Shown one piece after another: positions 31,590 to 41,914 of a stretch of DNA of 64,000 bases. Where the stretch lies: the NCBI GenBank assembly GCA_019828565.1, contig JAHDYR010000024.1:70534-134533 (forward strand), in the 5' to 3' direction. The stretch is from Carpediemonas membranifera BICM (Eukaryota > Protista > Fornicata). Position numbers and translations under genes: made by a program. The notes below the pieces were generated by a model, which was given only the letters and a program-made list of their open reading frames with translations, did no database searches and was not told where the DNA came from. Numbering within the stretch: position 1 is the stretch's first letter; each line of letters begins with the position of its first letter.

Positions 31590-34367
31590 CTAAAGTGGCA
31601 ACAGGAATGGTCTGACGCCAGCCCTATACTCATCGCTGGTCATAAGGAAGGACTTAAGAACAGCGCAATGCGGCTGAGATGTCACGACCTCCAGCAGTGT
31701 TCTGAGCATCGCGTTAATTTGACCATTAGCGGCAGCCGCCCGCTTGCAGATCATGTGTAGCCTGGCCCAGCCGGCACTACTGGCGAGGTATTTCGCGAGA
31801 GCGCTATTAGCAGCAATCCGGTAACCAGCTTCTTCGGGAGAAATGTTATCACCGACATCCAGGACCCGGGTGATAAAAGTGATGCCGTGAATGACAACTG
31901 CAGTCCCGTTGGCCTGAGAAACTTGAGAAATCACCCTGGATATGAGATCATCAGACACATCCAAGACAGGGTCAGCGACAAAGGCATAACGCTCAATAAT
32001 GGCATATAAAAGATCCCAGGCACAGCTGTTAGATGCTGTCGATATTGGGGAGCCAAGCAGCGATACGAGCGCTGAGAAAAAGCGAGGATCGCCACGAACT
32101 CGGGCAAACACACTGGGAGTCCGCAAGAAGCTGTCAAGTGCCTTCAAGAGTGGTGTGGAAACAAGATCCGACACAGTAGCTCGCTGTAGCACAGATATTA
32201 CCAAATCTGGAGAGATAATCACGTATCCCCCCCCGATGCTATCCTTGAACGTGTTGACTGGGGATTTCACAGACTGGGCAACAACTCTGGGAGTGCTCAT
32301 AGGATCCGGCGCCTGCTTCAGTCGCTCGACGGACTGGACATGCGATAGCCCAGTCTGCCTCGCAGCAACAGGCCCGGTTGGGGTGGCCAGCGGACTCGAG
32401 GCCACAGTAACGCCACTGCCGTTGATTGCACCGTTTGAGCTAGTCGGGGATTGCTTCAACCGGCGGAGGCTCGCTGATCGTGCCGGGCTAATATTGCGAG
32501 TTGATGACCGAACCAAACTGGGGCTCCGACTCCGGGTTGACTCCCTGAGTCGCGCAACTCTGTCGTACGCGGCAGTGTCGAGCGGGCTGGCCTTGGGGGT
32601 TCGCTCCTGGGTCACGGCGATCGCCCTGATCATGTGGGCGGCAAGCAAAATGTGGGCAGCCGAAGCGATGAACTCGGCGACCTTGAGAGCGAGCAGACCC
32701 CTGCGGATGCCCTGGCCAGTGGTGTCGACCAGCAGCTCCATGCCACGCTGGACAGCCCGGCCGACTGTCTCAAATATGGGATTGCCGCCGACAGCAGACT
32801 TCCAGCTGACTGTACGCAGCTCGGGCAGTTTCATGGTGAGGAGCTGGAGGAGGAGGAGCTGAGCAGGGGTTGGCGTCTCCTCCTTTGACTGGTAGAGCTC
32901 TTCAACAAACGAGTCGGGTCCCACAGCAGATATTAGATTTGATAGCGTATCTGCCGAAGATCCGATTACCGCAGACACGATACACCTGCAGCAGGCATCA
33001 ACCAGGTCGGGGTCGCCGCTCTCCTCGTCCGTAAGCAGGTGCAGGGTCCTGATTACCAAGTACGAGTTCTCCACGCCTAGGACACTATCAGGAGCATGGC
33101 ATATCGCCTCGGCACTGGCGATGCAGGCCAGCATGACTGGGAAGTCACCAGGGGATGACGCCAGCGCAAGGAGCTCCATGATGCGCAGCTTAGTAGACAT
33201 CGTCTCGGCAAGTCGAGTTGCCGCCTTTGTCGCAGCGGCCTCGGATATTGAGGAGTGGTACAGCGTCTTTTCGGCAATACTCAGGACGTGTGCAAAGTAC
33301 TGAATCACGGCGGTCCGCATGATGCTTGGGTAATCTTCGAAGGAGTCGGCTTCCTGCTCGTCAATAAGAAGGAGCCTGGGACAATCAGCGGCCGGATGGG
33401 AAACAGAGAGTGGGATGTCAGTGCCGTCGCAGGTGCATAGAGAGACCACAGTAGGATGAAAGAACAGTATCGCGTGTATAACAGTCTGTAGCAGGGTTAC
33501 GTTATCCTCCTGCACAGCCTGGTCGAGCCAAGCGGGCATGAGTTCGAGATGACAGAAGAGATGGGTGAGAAGCAGGGCTTCAGCCGGGCTAGGACCGGGA
33601 TGGAACGCGGCAGTGAGATAGCTTGGGGCGGAGATCTTACTAGCGAGGTCGATAAAGATGGTGTTTCCCGAGTTTGTCGTCGAGCATAGCACAGTATACA
33701 TCGTCAACAAATCAGACCCACCCGTCTTGACAACGGCCGCAACAGCGTCTGCAAATGACTTGGCCGAGTCAACCTCCGCTATCTTATGGGCGAGGGTTGT
33801 GACAGAGTCCACCGAGACTGGAATGATGACGGTTGGGAACATTGACGAAAAACGGGTTGGACGGTGACAAAGGAGCATGAGGGACTCGCTACTGGTCAAA
33901 TAGACCTCGATAGCTGTACTCCGATCTGGGCACGACCTCTGATGACAGGAGGGGCTTGATACCGTCCACAGGAGCGGGGCGTCGTTGGTGTTGGGGACAG
34001 CGGTCCGCATATCATCGCCATCTACCTCGGGTTCTACGGTAGGTGGAGGAGGAAGAAGGGTTTCTGCAGATTTCAGGTGGCAGGAATCGTTCCAAGGAAG
34101 GACAGAAGGAATGAGAGGCTCTTCCTCCATGGTGGAGGGATATATAGGCGCATAGGAGCGCTCTTCGTTGAAGTTTTCTATGCTATGCTCTAGCAATTCT
34201 GTAACGAATGTTACAAACGGACCAGAGCTTTCACTGTCCATTTTCTTGCGATGAGGTGCTAAAACTGCTGGCAGAATACCTCGATGTGGATCTGCCGCAA
34301 GCAGGAACTTGCACGCACGCAGACAGTTAACACATATATTTACAGCAATAGCATCCAATCCACTCAC
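31590..34367 (-). CDS. Hypothetical helical (ARM/HEAT-like?) protein; true start uncertain
   Basis: 925-codon open frame, Leu/Ala-rich with an S/R/P-rich disordered insert; listed start is GTG. Confidence 0.65.
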   Translation of the reverse strand: MSGLDAIAVNICVNCLRACKFLLAADPHRGILPAVLAPHRKKMDSESSGPFVTFVTELLEHSIENFNEERSYAPIYPSTMEEEPLIPSVLPWNDSCHLKSAETLLPPPPTVEPEVDGDDMRTAVPNTNDAPLLWTVSSPSCHQRSCPDRSTAIEVYLTSSESLMLLCHRPTRFSSMFPTVIIPVSVDSVTTLAHKIAEVDSAKSFADAVAAVVKTGGSDLLTMYTVLCSTTNSGNTIFIDLASKISAPSYLTAAFHPGPSPAEALLLTHLFCHLELMPAWLDQAVQEDNVTLLQTVIHAILFFHPTVVSLCTCDGTDIPLSVSHPAADCPRLLLIDEQEADSFEDYPSIMRTAVIQYFAHVLSIAEKTLYHSSISEAAATKAATRLAETMSTKLRIMELLALASSPGDFPVMLACIASAEAICHAPDSVLGVENSYLVIRTLHLLTDEESGDPDLVDACCRCIVSAVIGSSADTLSNLISAVGPDSFVEELYQSKEETPTPAQLLLLQLLTMKLPELRTVSWKSAVGGNPIFETVGRAVQRGMELLVDTTGQGIRRGLLALKVAEFIASAAHILLAAHMIRAIAVTQERTPKASPLDTAAYDRVARLRESTRSRSPSLVRSSTRNISPARSASLRRLKQSPTSSNGAINGSGVTVASSPLATPTGPVAARQTGLSHVQSVERLKQAPDPMSTPRVVAQSVKSPVNTFKDSIGGGYVIISPDLVISVLQRATVSDLVSTPLLKALDSFLRTPSVFARVRGDPRFFSALVSLLGSPISTASNSCAWDLLYAIIERYAFVADPVLDVSDDLISRVISQVSQANGTAVVIHGITFITRVLDVGDNISPEEAGYRIAANSALAKYLASSAGWARLHMICKRAAAANGQINAMLRTLLEVVTSQPHCAVLKSFLMTSDEYRAGVRPFLLPL

Positions 34368-35311
34368 TCCTTCGTCTGGCTCTTGACGACATCAGCAAAC
34401 GCCCTCATGTGCTGTTCCCGCCTCGGAGTTGGCGTGCCGGACCCAAGGGCTGGGAAAGAAAAGTCCTTCATGGTCTTCTTGGGCTCTTTGGACTCTTCCC
34501 GGTCCTTGTATTGTCTTGTGGGGCGGCGGGGCTCATGCTTAACGTCCCTCCGGTCGTGCCTTTCTCTGACGTCCCTCTGGCGACTTTGGCCATGTTCCTT
34601 CACATTCCTGGGCTTCCGGTCGTCGTGTTTGCGCTGGGCGCTGTGCTCGTTCCTGTGACCGCGGTAGACCCATGCTGGTACTGCCCGTGTGGTATCGACG
34701 GGAGCGACCGTGAGGCCATCAGCTTTGGCCTGCTCAATGAACTTCTGCAGAGGAGATTCCGCCTTCTGAGAGCAAAGGACAGCCTGGTTACCGACAGTGA
34801 TCTCAGAATGCTTTGCCACAAAAGAAGCGGGGTGAGCGTCAGAAGTGAACATCGCCTGCCACATGGTTGGGTTAAGCTTCTGAACGCCTGTGGGCTTGTG
34901 CTCAAAGTCGTCAAAGAGAGCGCGGAAGTCAGCCTCGGTTGTTGATGGAGGAAGCTGACGCATAAGAAGCATTTTCTTCTTGGGGATCTCAACACGGGGT
35001 CCGACAAGCATGAATTCTTCATCGATGAAGAGGTCGCATGCCTTCAGCGCCTTGACGAAAAGAGCGAGATCGTTCGTGATGGATTGGATGCGTCTGAAGC
35101 TAAAGATGATTTGAATGGGCAGCTGCATATTAGGAGTCATCTTGGACAGCATGAACATGTCCTTGGCTAAGTTTTCTCTCGAGAAGTAGAACTTGATCTG
35201 TGAAATAAGCATTTCCATGCACTCATCTTCAGAAATCGTCTGCTGCATGGAGAGTTCTAGGATGTCCTGCGAAGGGACGAATGCAGTTCTTGTTGTGGCG
35301 CCCGAATTCAT
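34364..35311 (-). CDS. La-related RNA-binding protein (La motif plus RRM-like domain)
   Basis: LISQIKFYFSRENLAKDMFMLSKM...LPIQIIFSFRRIQSIT La motif, then an RRM-like LLMRQLP segment. Confidence 0.85.
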   Translation of the reverse strand: MNSGATTRTAFVPSQDILELSMQQTISEDECMEMLISQIKFYFSRENLAKDMFMLSKMTPNMQLPIQIIFSFRRIQSITNDLALFVKALKACDLFIDEEFMLVGPRVEIPKKKMLLMRQLPPSTTEADFRALFDDFEHKPTGVQKLNPTMWQAMFTSDAHPASFVAKHSEITVGNQAVLCSQKAESPLQKFIEQAKADGLTVAPVDTTRAVPAWVYRGHRNEHSAQRKHDDRKPRNVKEHGQSRQRDVRERHDRRDVKHEPRRPTRQYKDREESKEPKKTMKDFSFPALGSGTPTPRREQHMRAFADVVKSQTKE

Positions 35312-35414
35312 CTTTTAACCTCGAGAAGGCGACGTTCTGCCTAAAACTCCGCTAAACTTTTCTCCAGTGAGAACTCAAGTCAATGGTGAGTCAGAGGATG
35401 CTAAATTCTAGCGT

Positions 35415-37838
35415 TTACATGGATACATCGCCATCATCTGCTTCATGTCCCCTTTCTTCCATCTCGCGCTCGTGCTCCCGCCAGGCCACAATCGCGGGGT
35501 TCTTCAAGCCCCGAGTAATATTCCACTCAGGCTCCCACGTGTTCTGAGACGACGCATAGCCGACCCACTTGATGAAGAACTCCTGGAAGTCCGGCTCATC
35601 GGGGTAGAGCCGAGTGTAGTTCTTGGTGCCCTCGGCAATGCGCTTGGCGTTCGACGATGTGCTCTGAATCGGCCGGCGGTCAACAATCTTCTCGATCTCG
35701 TAGTAGTCGTCCAGAGTCTCCCCCTCGACTGCGGGGCGAGCCTTCCGCTTGTTCTTCGCCTTCGTCTTGGGCTTAGGGGGCGCTTTAGTCGTCCCGATCT
35801 GCCGGGCTGCAGTCTGCCGCCGCATATCCGTCTTCGTCGACACGGCGGACCTGATGCCGAGCCACCACCCCGTCTCCGTGACATCCTTGGGGACCTGGCG
35901 TGTGACCGTCCTATTGGTCTCAGGATCAATGACGGACTCCTCCCTAAACTGCGTCCGGCCCTGCTGAGCGGCCTGAACCTCGTGAGTGACGTCGTTTGTG
36001 ACAGTAGGCCACATAGAGTGCTTCTGGATCATGGGGATCTCCCTCTGTGGCGGGGGTGTCTCAGCGTAGTGGGTGAGCCAGGGAAGGTTCAGGGCTGAGT
36101 ACATGCCCTGGTCCAAGCACCTGGTCAGACCCTGGTTGATCAAGGGGAGCATCTTCTGGGCTTGGACACTGTTGAAGAGGACGATCTTCATGGAGACCTT
36201 CGAGTTGATCATGGCCCGGAGGATTGGATGTTCCGGGGCCATGTTACACGGCCCAGTGCCAGGCTCAGCCGCCTCAGTTGCCACGACGAGAAGCTGGATT
36301 GTCTTATCAGGCTTGTTCCAGCCAAGGAGCTCGTCGAGTGATGTCACCTCGCAATTCACTAGAGTATCATCGACCTGCCGCTCCATGAGAAGTGTGATGA
36401 TCGAGTTGGCACCACACTTTAGCCACGTCCTGACCTCGGCGCGGAGCTCCTCGATGGCCTGGAAATGACTGAGGGAAATCTCCTTGGTGTCATCATCAAG
36501 GGTGCGGAGGGTGACGCTGGAGATCGGAACAAACACAAGATTCAGCATCGGATCGAGAGATCTCATTGAGCTATCCATCCCGAGATGCGGAACGATATCT
36601 CCGAGAGTTTGGATACGGGGTGGCGGGAAGATCCCGGCCGGCGACACCTGGGAGTGGACCGGTCTCAGCACGATGATGCTCCCCTCGGGCAAACCCTCTG
36701 AGGTGAAAGGCTTCCATGTGTTGTTGCGGGGGCTCTCGTTGACGTCTATCTCCACATCACCGCAGGTTGCCACGCAGGATATGTCAAGAACGGGGGTGAC
36801 GTCGAGCTCGATGGCAGGGGCTTCCAGGTCCACTTGCTCGGGGTCAGAGGAAGTGATCGGATTCGCCAGAAACTCTGTCAGATTGACTAGATTACGGCGA
36901 ATTTTCGCTGCCGGGGTGGTGATACCAAATATATTCTGCTGAGGCGAGCCTGTGCTAATCTGTTCGTTCTCATGATAAAGGTGGTAGTCAAACAGCCGAC
37001 CGGGCTCAGAGTGGAACTTCAGGAAGCCCGCCTCGCTCTGAGAGAGCAGGGTCCCGATCGTGCGGGCGCCGTCTTTCATGCCCATGTCCACCAGGGGCGC
37101 TCGGATGGGCGCGGGTGGCGTGAGAAGAAAGCCGGAAGACCGTCTGAAAGCCTTGTTGACACTGATCGACAGATGAAGGTCGGGTCGGTAAGAACCTACG
37201 GTAAGCGGGCCCGTCTCACCATCCTTTCCGATCTCAATGGCCTTGGTCTCCTGATTAACAGAGATACGTGGCAGGGAATCACCAAACATCATCGTGGAGG
37301 CCACGCCGCGCATCAGAACGCTGATTGAGTCAGCGATAGGCTTGTCATGGGGAATGGGGATGGGATGGTCAGGGTATGACGTGAGGGGCTTGAGATCCTT
37401 GATGGGGCCGCTCTTGCTCACAGGGAATTTCTGCACAACCAGACGAAGGAAAGGGGTGCACCGGAAGGGAATATACTCATCGATCTCATGCCCAGGCTTC
37501 TCAAGATACACCGCATAGTACTTAGGAATCTCCGATGGGGCGTTACAGCGGGAGAATGCCTCAGGGTGCCTTTGATACGCCTGATAGAAGACCTCTTCCA
37601 GCGTCATGGAGGGAGATAGATCTCTACTGCGATATACAGTCTCCGATGGACTCTTTAAGGCCAGCTTTATGCTGTTAATGGCCCCAGACATCCCCGTCGG
37701 CAAACGGTACAGGTGCAGTTTATGTCGGATGCGGTGTTTAGAGGGTTTATGTGGAGGATTCATGTAAAGGTGACTTAGGCTGTCGACCCCCCTGGGATGA
37801 ACTCCAGAGGACTGAACAGGTTCAGTCTGACGGCCCAC
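35415..37838 (-). CDS. Large protein with a C-terminal chromodomain (start may be a downstream Met)
   Basis: YYEIEKIVDRR...EFFIKWVGYASSQNTWEPEWNI; Lys/Arg-rich stretch just before it. Confidence 0.8.
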   Translation of the reverse strand: MGRQTEPVQSSGVHPRGVDSLSHLYMNPPHKPSKHRIRHKLHLYRLPTGMSGAINSIKLALKSPSETVYRSRDLSPSMTLEEVFYQAYQRHPEAFSRCNAPSEIPKYYAVYLEKPGHEIDEYIPFRCTPFLRLVVQKFPVSKSGPIKDLKPLTSYPDHPIPIPHDKPIADSISVLMRGVASTMMFGDSLPRISVNQETKAIEIGKDGETGPLTVGSYRPDLHLSISVNKAFRRSSGFLLTPPAPIRAPLVDMGMKDGARTIGTLLSQSEAGFLKFHSEPGRLFDYHLYHENEQISTGSPQQNIFGITTPAAKIRRNLVNLTEFLANPITSSDPEQVDLEAPAIELDVTPVLDISCVATCGDVEIDVNESPRNNTWKPFTSEGLPEGSIIVLRPVHSQVSPAGIFPPPRIQTLGDIVPHLGMDSSMRSLDPMLNLVFVPISSVTLRTLDDDTKEISLSHFQAIEELRAEVRTWLKCGANSIITLLMERQVDDTLVNCEVTSLDELLGWNKPDKTIQLLVVATEAAEPGTGPCNMAPEHPILRAMINSKVSMKIVLFNSVQAQKMLPLINQGLTRCLDQGMYSALNLPWLTHYAETPPPQREIPMIQKHSMWPTVTNDVTHEVQAAQQGRTQFREESVIDPETNRTVTRQVPKDVTETGWWLGIRSAVSTKTDMRRQTAARQIGTTKAPPKPKTKAKNKRKARPAVEGETLDDYYEIEKIVDRRPIQSTSSNAKRIAEGTKNYTRLYPDEPDFQEFFIKWVGYASSQNTWEPEWNITRGLKNPAIVAWREHEREMEERGHEADDGDVSM

Positions 37839-37868
37839 CTGTCGTACACCAGAAGGGTAGCAGCTTTA

Positions 37869-37898
37869 GACTCAACAATTCTAATCCTGCGCAGCACA
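37869..37898 (+). repeat. 30-bp direct repeat left of the Fanzor
   Basis: GACTCAACAATTCTAATCCTGCGCAGCACA, identical to 40256-40285. Confidence 0.95.
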
Positions 37899-38249
37899 CT
37901 ACCTCCACTCACCCACTTCAGCCCTCGTCTGTACCATCGGGCTTTCGTGCTTTCAGTCGTCGGTCTGCACGAAAAGATGCGTCGTCCATCGTCTGTGTCG
38001 AACGCTGCTGCCTTCTTTCGCGTCTGTGCTCGTCTGTTACGCGCTCATCTGTCGTCCATTGCCGGCGTCTGAAGCTCATGTCGTCGTCATCTTCGTCTGT
38101 TGTGAGAGACACTAGTGGTGGAAAGCGGTTGTAGCTAGTAGTAAAGACGCTTTGTGTTGTATGATGCTGGTTTCTTGTGTTTTGAGGGATGCTGCTAGCT
38201 GATGAACCCTGAAAAGAAAGGATCGATGCAGGCAGCTCAATAGACTCCA

Positions 38250-40140
38250 ATGCCTTCCAAGATATACACGGTGAAGGCTTCCGTTAACAAGGCCATTGGC
38301 GAGATTAACGGCGGAGGCGATAACAACGCGCCGCGGCGAGGAAATCTTGAACCGGGCATGCGTTCTTTCACGCAGGCTAAGTACACATTCACTTGCCTGC
38401 TTGCGTGCGTCTCTGCATCTGCGCACGCGTTGACCCCACCGAGGACGGTCAAACTGTTCGACCAGGAGGTCCTCAAGCAGATCGTCAGCATTGCTCAGCA
38501 AAAGGTGTCGAAGGCAAAGGCAGCGGATCGGTGCAGGTGGATTGGCGACCTGGCGATGTGGAGGGACCCTGACATAACCCCACTCGTCCGGGACTTCAGG
38601 GAAGCCTACGTTGGAATTGCAGCGCCATTTCAGAGCTGGTTGGGTGAGTACTCCACAGCCACCCGGGTCTGGCTCTCGCGCGCGTCACCCGGGTACCTGA
38701 CCCGTCTTCGTGCTGGATTAGAACGGGTGCGTCCGCTCCTCCATGATCAGCCGGGTGTTCGACAGGATTTTCTCGACACCCTAGGCGAGCTCGACACTGA
38801 GGTTGCCGCCATAGCCGCCGATCATGACAGGTATCATCCTCAAATGCATGCATTGCCCGAGGAGCAACGGGTGGGTCGCACTGGTACCGTGGCCGAGGCC
38901 CTCGTCGGCGTGCTGTCGTGCGTCACGCGCATGAGTGCTGCAGTGACCAAACTGGTCACACTCACTCGTGCCGTGAACCTCGAGCTCAGTCAGGCCCTGC
39001 CAGAGCCGAAGCTCGTTCCGTTCGTGCCGATGGCACCGGTCAGGCCTGGGTTCATGACTCTCGAGCGCGGAGTAACAGCGCTCACCCCAGCGATGAAGAG
39101 GCGCCTGCGTGTGCACGTGAATTGGTCAGCAACCAAGAATTTGACCGACGAGCAGGTGGCTGAATACGAGCGTGATCACGGTGACATCACCAAGCTCCGC
39201 AGAGTGCTCTCTGTGAAGACAGACGGGGTCTCTGTTGCTGTGACCGTTTGGGTGGGTCGCGAGAAATACCGTGGCGGTCGGGTGGCTGACCGGCCCACGT
39301 ACAAAAAGGGTAGCAATAACAAGCGGGCTCAGCTCGGTCAGGATGACGCCGAGGCTACTCCTGCCCAGGACATTCAAGCTCTCATGGGCTTCGACCCTGG
39401 TGCTCGGTCGCTGGGCGGCTACACGATCCGCCGCCCAGACGGGCAGAGTGTATCTGGCGTACTCGCTAAGTGTGGCTACACTGCCACCCCCTCTTTCCGC
39501 GTGAATATGAGCGCAGCATCGTTCAAAACGACAAGTCTAGAGGCTCTCAAACAGTCGATTAGGTTTGTCCATGAGAACATCGTTCAGATCATCAACGAGG
39601 GGACGAGAAAGTGTTTCCGCCGGGCGACTTTTGCCAATCACCGTCTGCGCCTGAAGCACTTCGCCCGGGCTGGACGTCAACTCCTGGATGATCTCGGCGG
39701 GCGCCCCCCGGAGCCCATTCATCTCGAAGTCGCGTATGGGGCTGCACTGTTCGGTTCCGCCGGCACTCCCTCCTGTGCTCCGTACCGCCACTTTGCTCGA
39801 GCTCTCACTGGCATCATGTTCCGGCACAACGTCGTCATGAGTGTCACGATGGTCTCGGAATTCCGCACTGTGCCCATACTGCAAAGCACACTTCAGACGT
39901 GTGGTGTACACACACCGCACCATGCTCTACCAGAATCCCGCGTGCGAGGGAGCTCCATGGCGCGTTGAACGGCTACGTCGGCATCCCGATCAGAGAGACA
40001 TACTTCTCAATCTCTCTCACCGAGATAAGAGCGCCAGCGAGAACATCCTTTGGTGCACCTTCGATGCAACTTCAGATCAGATAGAGCAATCTCCTTTCCA
40101 CTTCGACTCCCAGAGAGGTGCTCTTCCTCGCTATCATTAA
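38250..40140 (+). pseudogene. Fanzor (eukaryotic TnpB-family RNA-guided nuclease), frameshifted near 39868
   Basis: RuvC-I MGFDPG, VAYG at the canonical RuvC-II position, relocated Glu in VSEFRT, CPYC zinc finger, RuvC-III HRDKSASENI. Confidence 0.88.
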
Positions 40141-40285
40141 CTTGCTAAGTTGAGCAAGCACGCGCTGCAGCGGCGCGTGTTATGCTGCGCACGATTGATA
40201 GAGTATGATGAACCACACTGTGATCCTGATGCTGCTTGGATCACTGTGTGTTTTGGACTCAACAATTCTAATCCTGCGCAGCACA
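40141..40285 (+). ncRNA. Putative Fanzor omegaRNA (scaffold plus guide; may begin inside the ORF 3' end)
   Basis: Three consecutive hairpins right after the stop codon: 40141-40158, 40159-40179, 40214-40250. Confidence 0.6.
40256..40285 (+). repeat. 30-bp direct repeat right of the Fanzor
   Basis: Identical to 37869-37898. Confidence 0.95.
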
Positions 40286-40388
40286 TGCGGTCTATAAATT
40301 TTGCGGGGCGACCTACGCGTTATATACCTCTATAGTGCCAGTGAATGCGTAGCATGTCATCAAATTTAGTTTTTCGTGTGTCAGCAGA

Positions 40389-41777
40389 TTACCCTAAACG
40401 GAGATCGTATCTGGGGAGGGCATAAATGATTGGGACGAACTTTGGCGTGCCGTTACCGTAAGTCCGGATGCACAGATTGAACCTCTGCCCCGGGTCGGCT
40501 GCCAGACCGACATGTTGACATGCCACCTTGCTCCTCCAGGCCTTGCCGGCAGAGCAGTAGAAGATTGCCTTGTCGCTGGCCTTGGCCTCCATGTCTATCG
40601 GCTTCTGAGTTAACTCGTGGTAATTAAGCTTGACATCAGGGGAGCAGATCAGGACCGAGGCCAGCATGACTCTGTTGGCCGTAGGGTTGGCCCACCGCAG
40701 TCGCCACACGCGGACTTGCTGACCCCCGTGGATGATCGGCGGTGTGCTGACGACGATCCTTTCCTCCTTTAGAACGCTGGGCCGAAGCTTGGCGATGAGC
40801 ATGGGGAGCGGGGCAGTGGGGAGCTTCGTCGGCCCAGTCATCTTCAGCATCGACTCGATGACTTTAAGAGTCGAAGAGGAGTCGCCCAGGCGTTTTAGGT
40901 TGACTGGGATTCGCCAGATCTGATACGATCTTGGCTCTGGGGCGACATATACTCCGGACACTGACGGGAAAATCCAGAGATAATCCATATCGGCAGGGCA
41001 GATCGTCTCGCACCTCACAGAATCCTGCTCTAGTGTGATTCTGGCGGTGAGGGTCTCCCCCTTGGGTTGGGACTGGCCAGGCACTGATATCGGCATGGAC
41101 TCGAGCTTGGCCCCCATATCAATGGAGAGATTGCCGCCAAGGGTCCAAGCAAACCAAATTTTGACTGGGGGCTTAGTGGTCATTGTTGCCAGGGCGGGCA
41201 GCGACCAGGTCCGAGCTGCCGGACGGAGCTTCCTACTGATAGACCGGAACTGGCCGACTAGACGGCCATCCGTTCCACGGGTCCACTTACGCTGCGCCTT
41301 AAGATACTTTGAAAGCGTTCTCTGCTTCTTCTTCAACGAGGAGCGGTGGGGGGCGACGACTTCGTCCTCGATGTGCTTCGCGAGTGGTGAAGCAGCTGGT
41401 ATATCGTCAATAATGCGGCGGATTAGCACAATTATGTGATCAAGCATGTAGGGAAGTGGATATGGTAGTTCTGACGAACATGTCCCACGAATCCGGCGGG
41501 AGAGAACAATGGTTAGGTGTTCAACCTGGCTCGCGAACTTATAATCGATTGAATCTGTGTCTTCAATAGCTTTTTTCGCATCTGCAATTGAAGAACGCAC
41601 TTCTGTGCACCAGTGAAGGATGTTCTTCATTTGCCTTGGTCCGGACAAATGGTCTAATCTGACAATTGAATAAAGCAGCTCAAGAGGCAAGAGCGCGTGT
41701 GGAAAGAGAGGGGAATGAAGTGCAGGAAGGAATAGAAGAGCGTAGATGCCTGATGCTAATACATGCGTCAACCCCAC
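40389..41777 (-). CDS. Hypothetical protein (probable start MKNILHW)
   Basis: 462-codon open frame, co-oriented with the neighbouring host genes; no motif recognised. Confidence 0.55.
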   Translation of the reverse strand: MGLTHVLASGIYALLFLPALHSPLFPHALLPLELLYSIVRLDHLSGPRQMKNILHWCTEVRSSIADAKKAIEDTDSIDYKFASQVEHLTIVLSRRIRGTCSSELPYPLPYMLDHIIVLIRRIIDDIPAASPLAKHIEDEVVAPHRSSLKKKQRTLSKYLKAQRKWTRGTDGRLVGQFRSISRKLRPAARTWSLPALATMTTKPPVKIWFAWTLGGNLSIDMGAKLESMPISVPGQSQPKGETLTARITLEQDSVRCETICPADMDYLWIFPSVSGVYVAPEPRSYQIWRIPVNLKRLGDSSSTLKVIESMLKMTGPTKLPTAPLPMLIAKLRPSVLKEERIVVSTPPIIHGGQQVRVWRLRWANPTANRVMLASVLICSPDVKLNYHELTQKPIDMEAKASDKAIFYCSAGKAWRSKVACQHVGLAADPGQRFNLCIRTYGNGTPKFVPIIYALPRYDLRLG

Positions 41778-41914
41778 AGCAAACCAGCCCCAAAATGTGT
41801 AGAAAGAGCATAGTCCCCAGGGTGCATCATCTAAAGGTCCTTCAACATGTTCCCATGTTCGTTGTGCTCACAGTCAGCGATGATCGATCACTAATCTGCA
41901 CAACCAAAGGCATC

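Noticed and set aside
34364-34367. Operon-like stop/start overlap between the La protein and the 925-aa ORF
   Set aside because: The listed start is GTG; in a eukaryote the real start is probably a downstream ATG or a spliced exon
37918-38250. 110-aa minus-strand ORF head-to-head with the Fanzor as a possible transposase
   Set aside because: Non-ATG start, no HUH, serine-recombinase or DDE motif, low complexity
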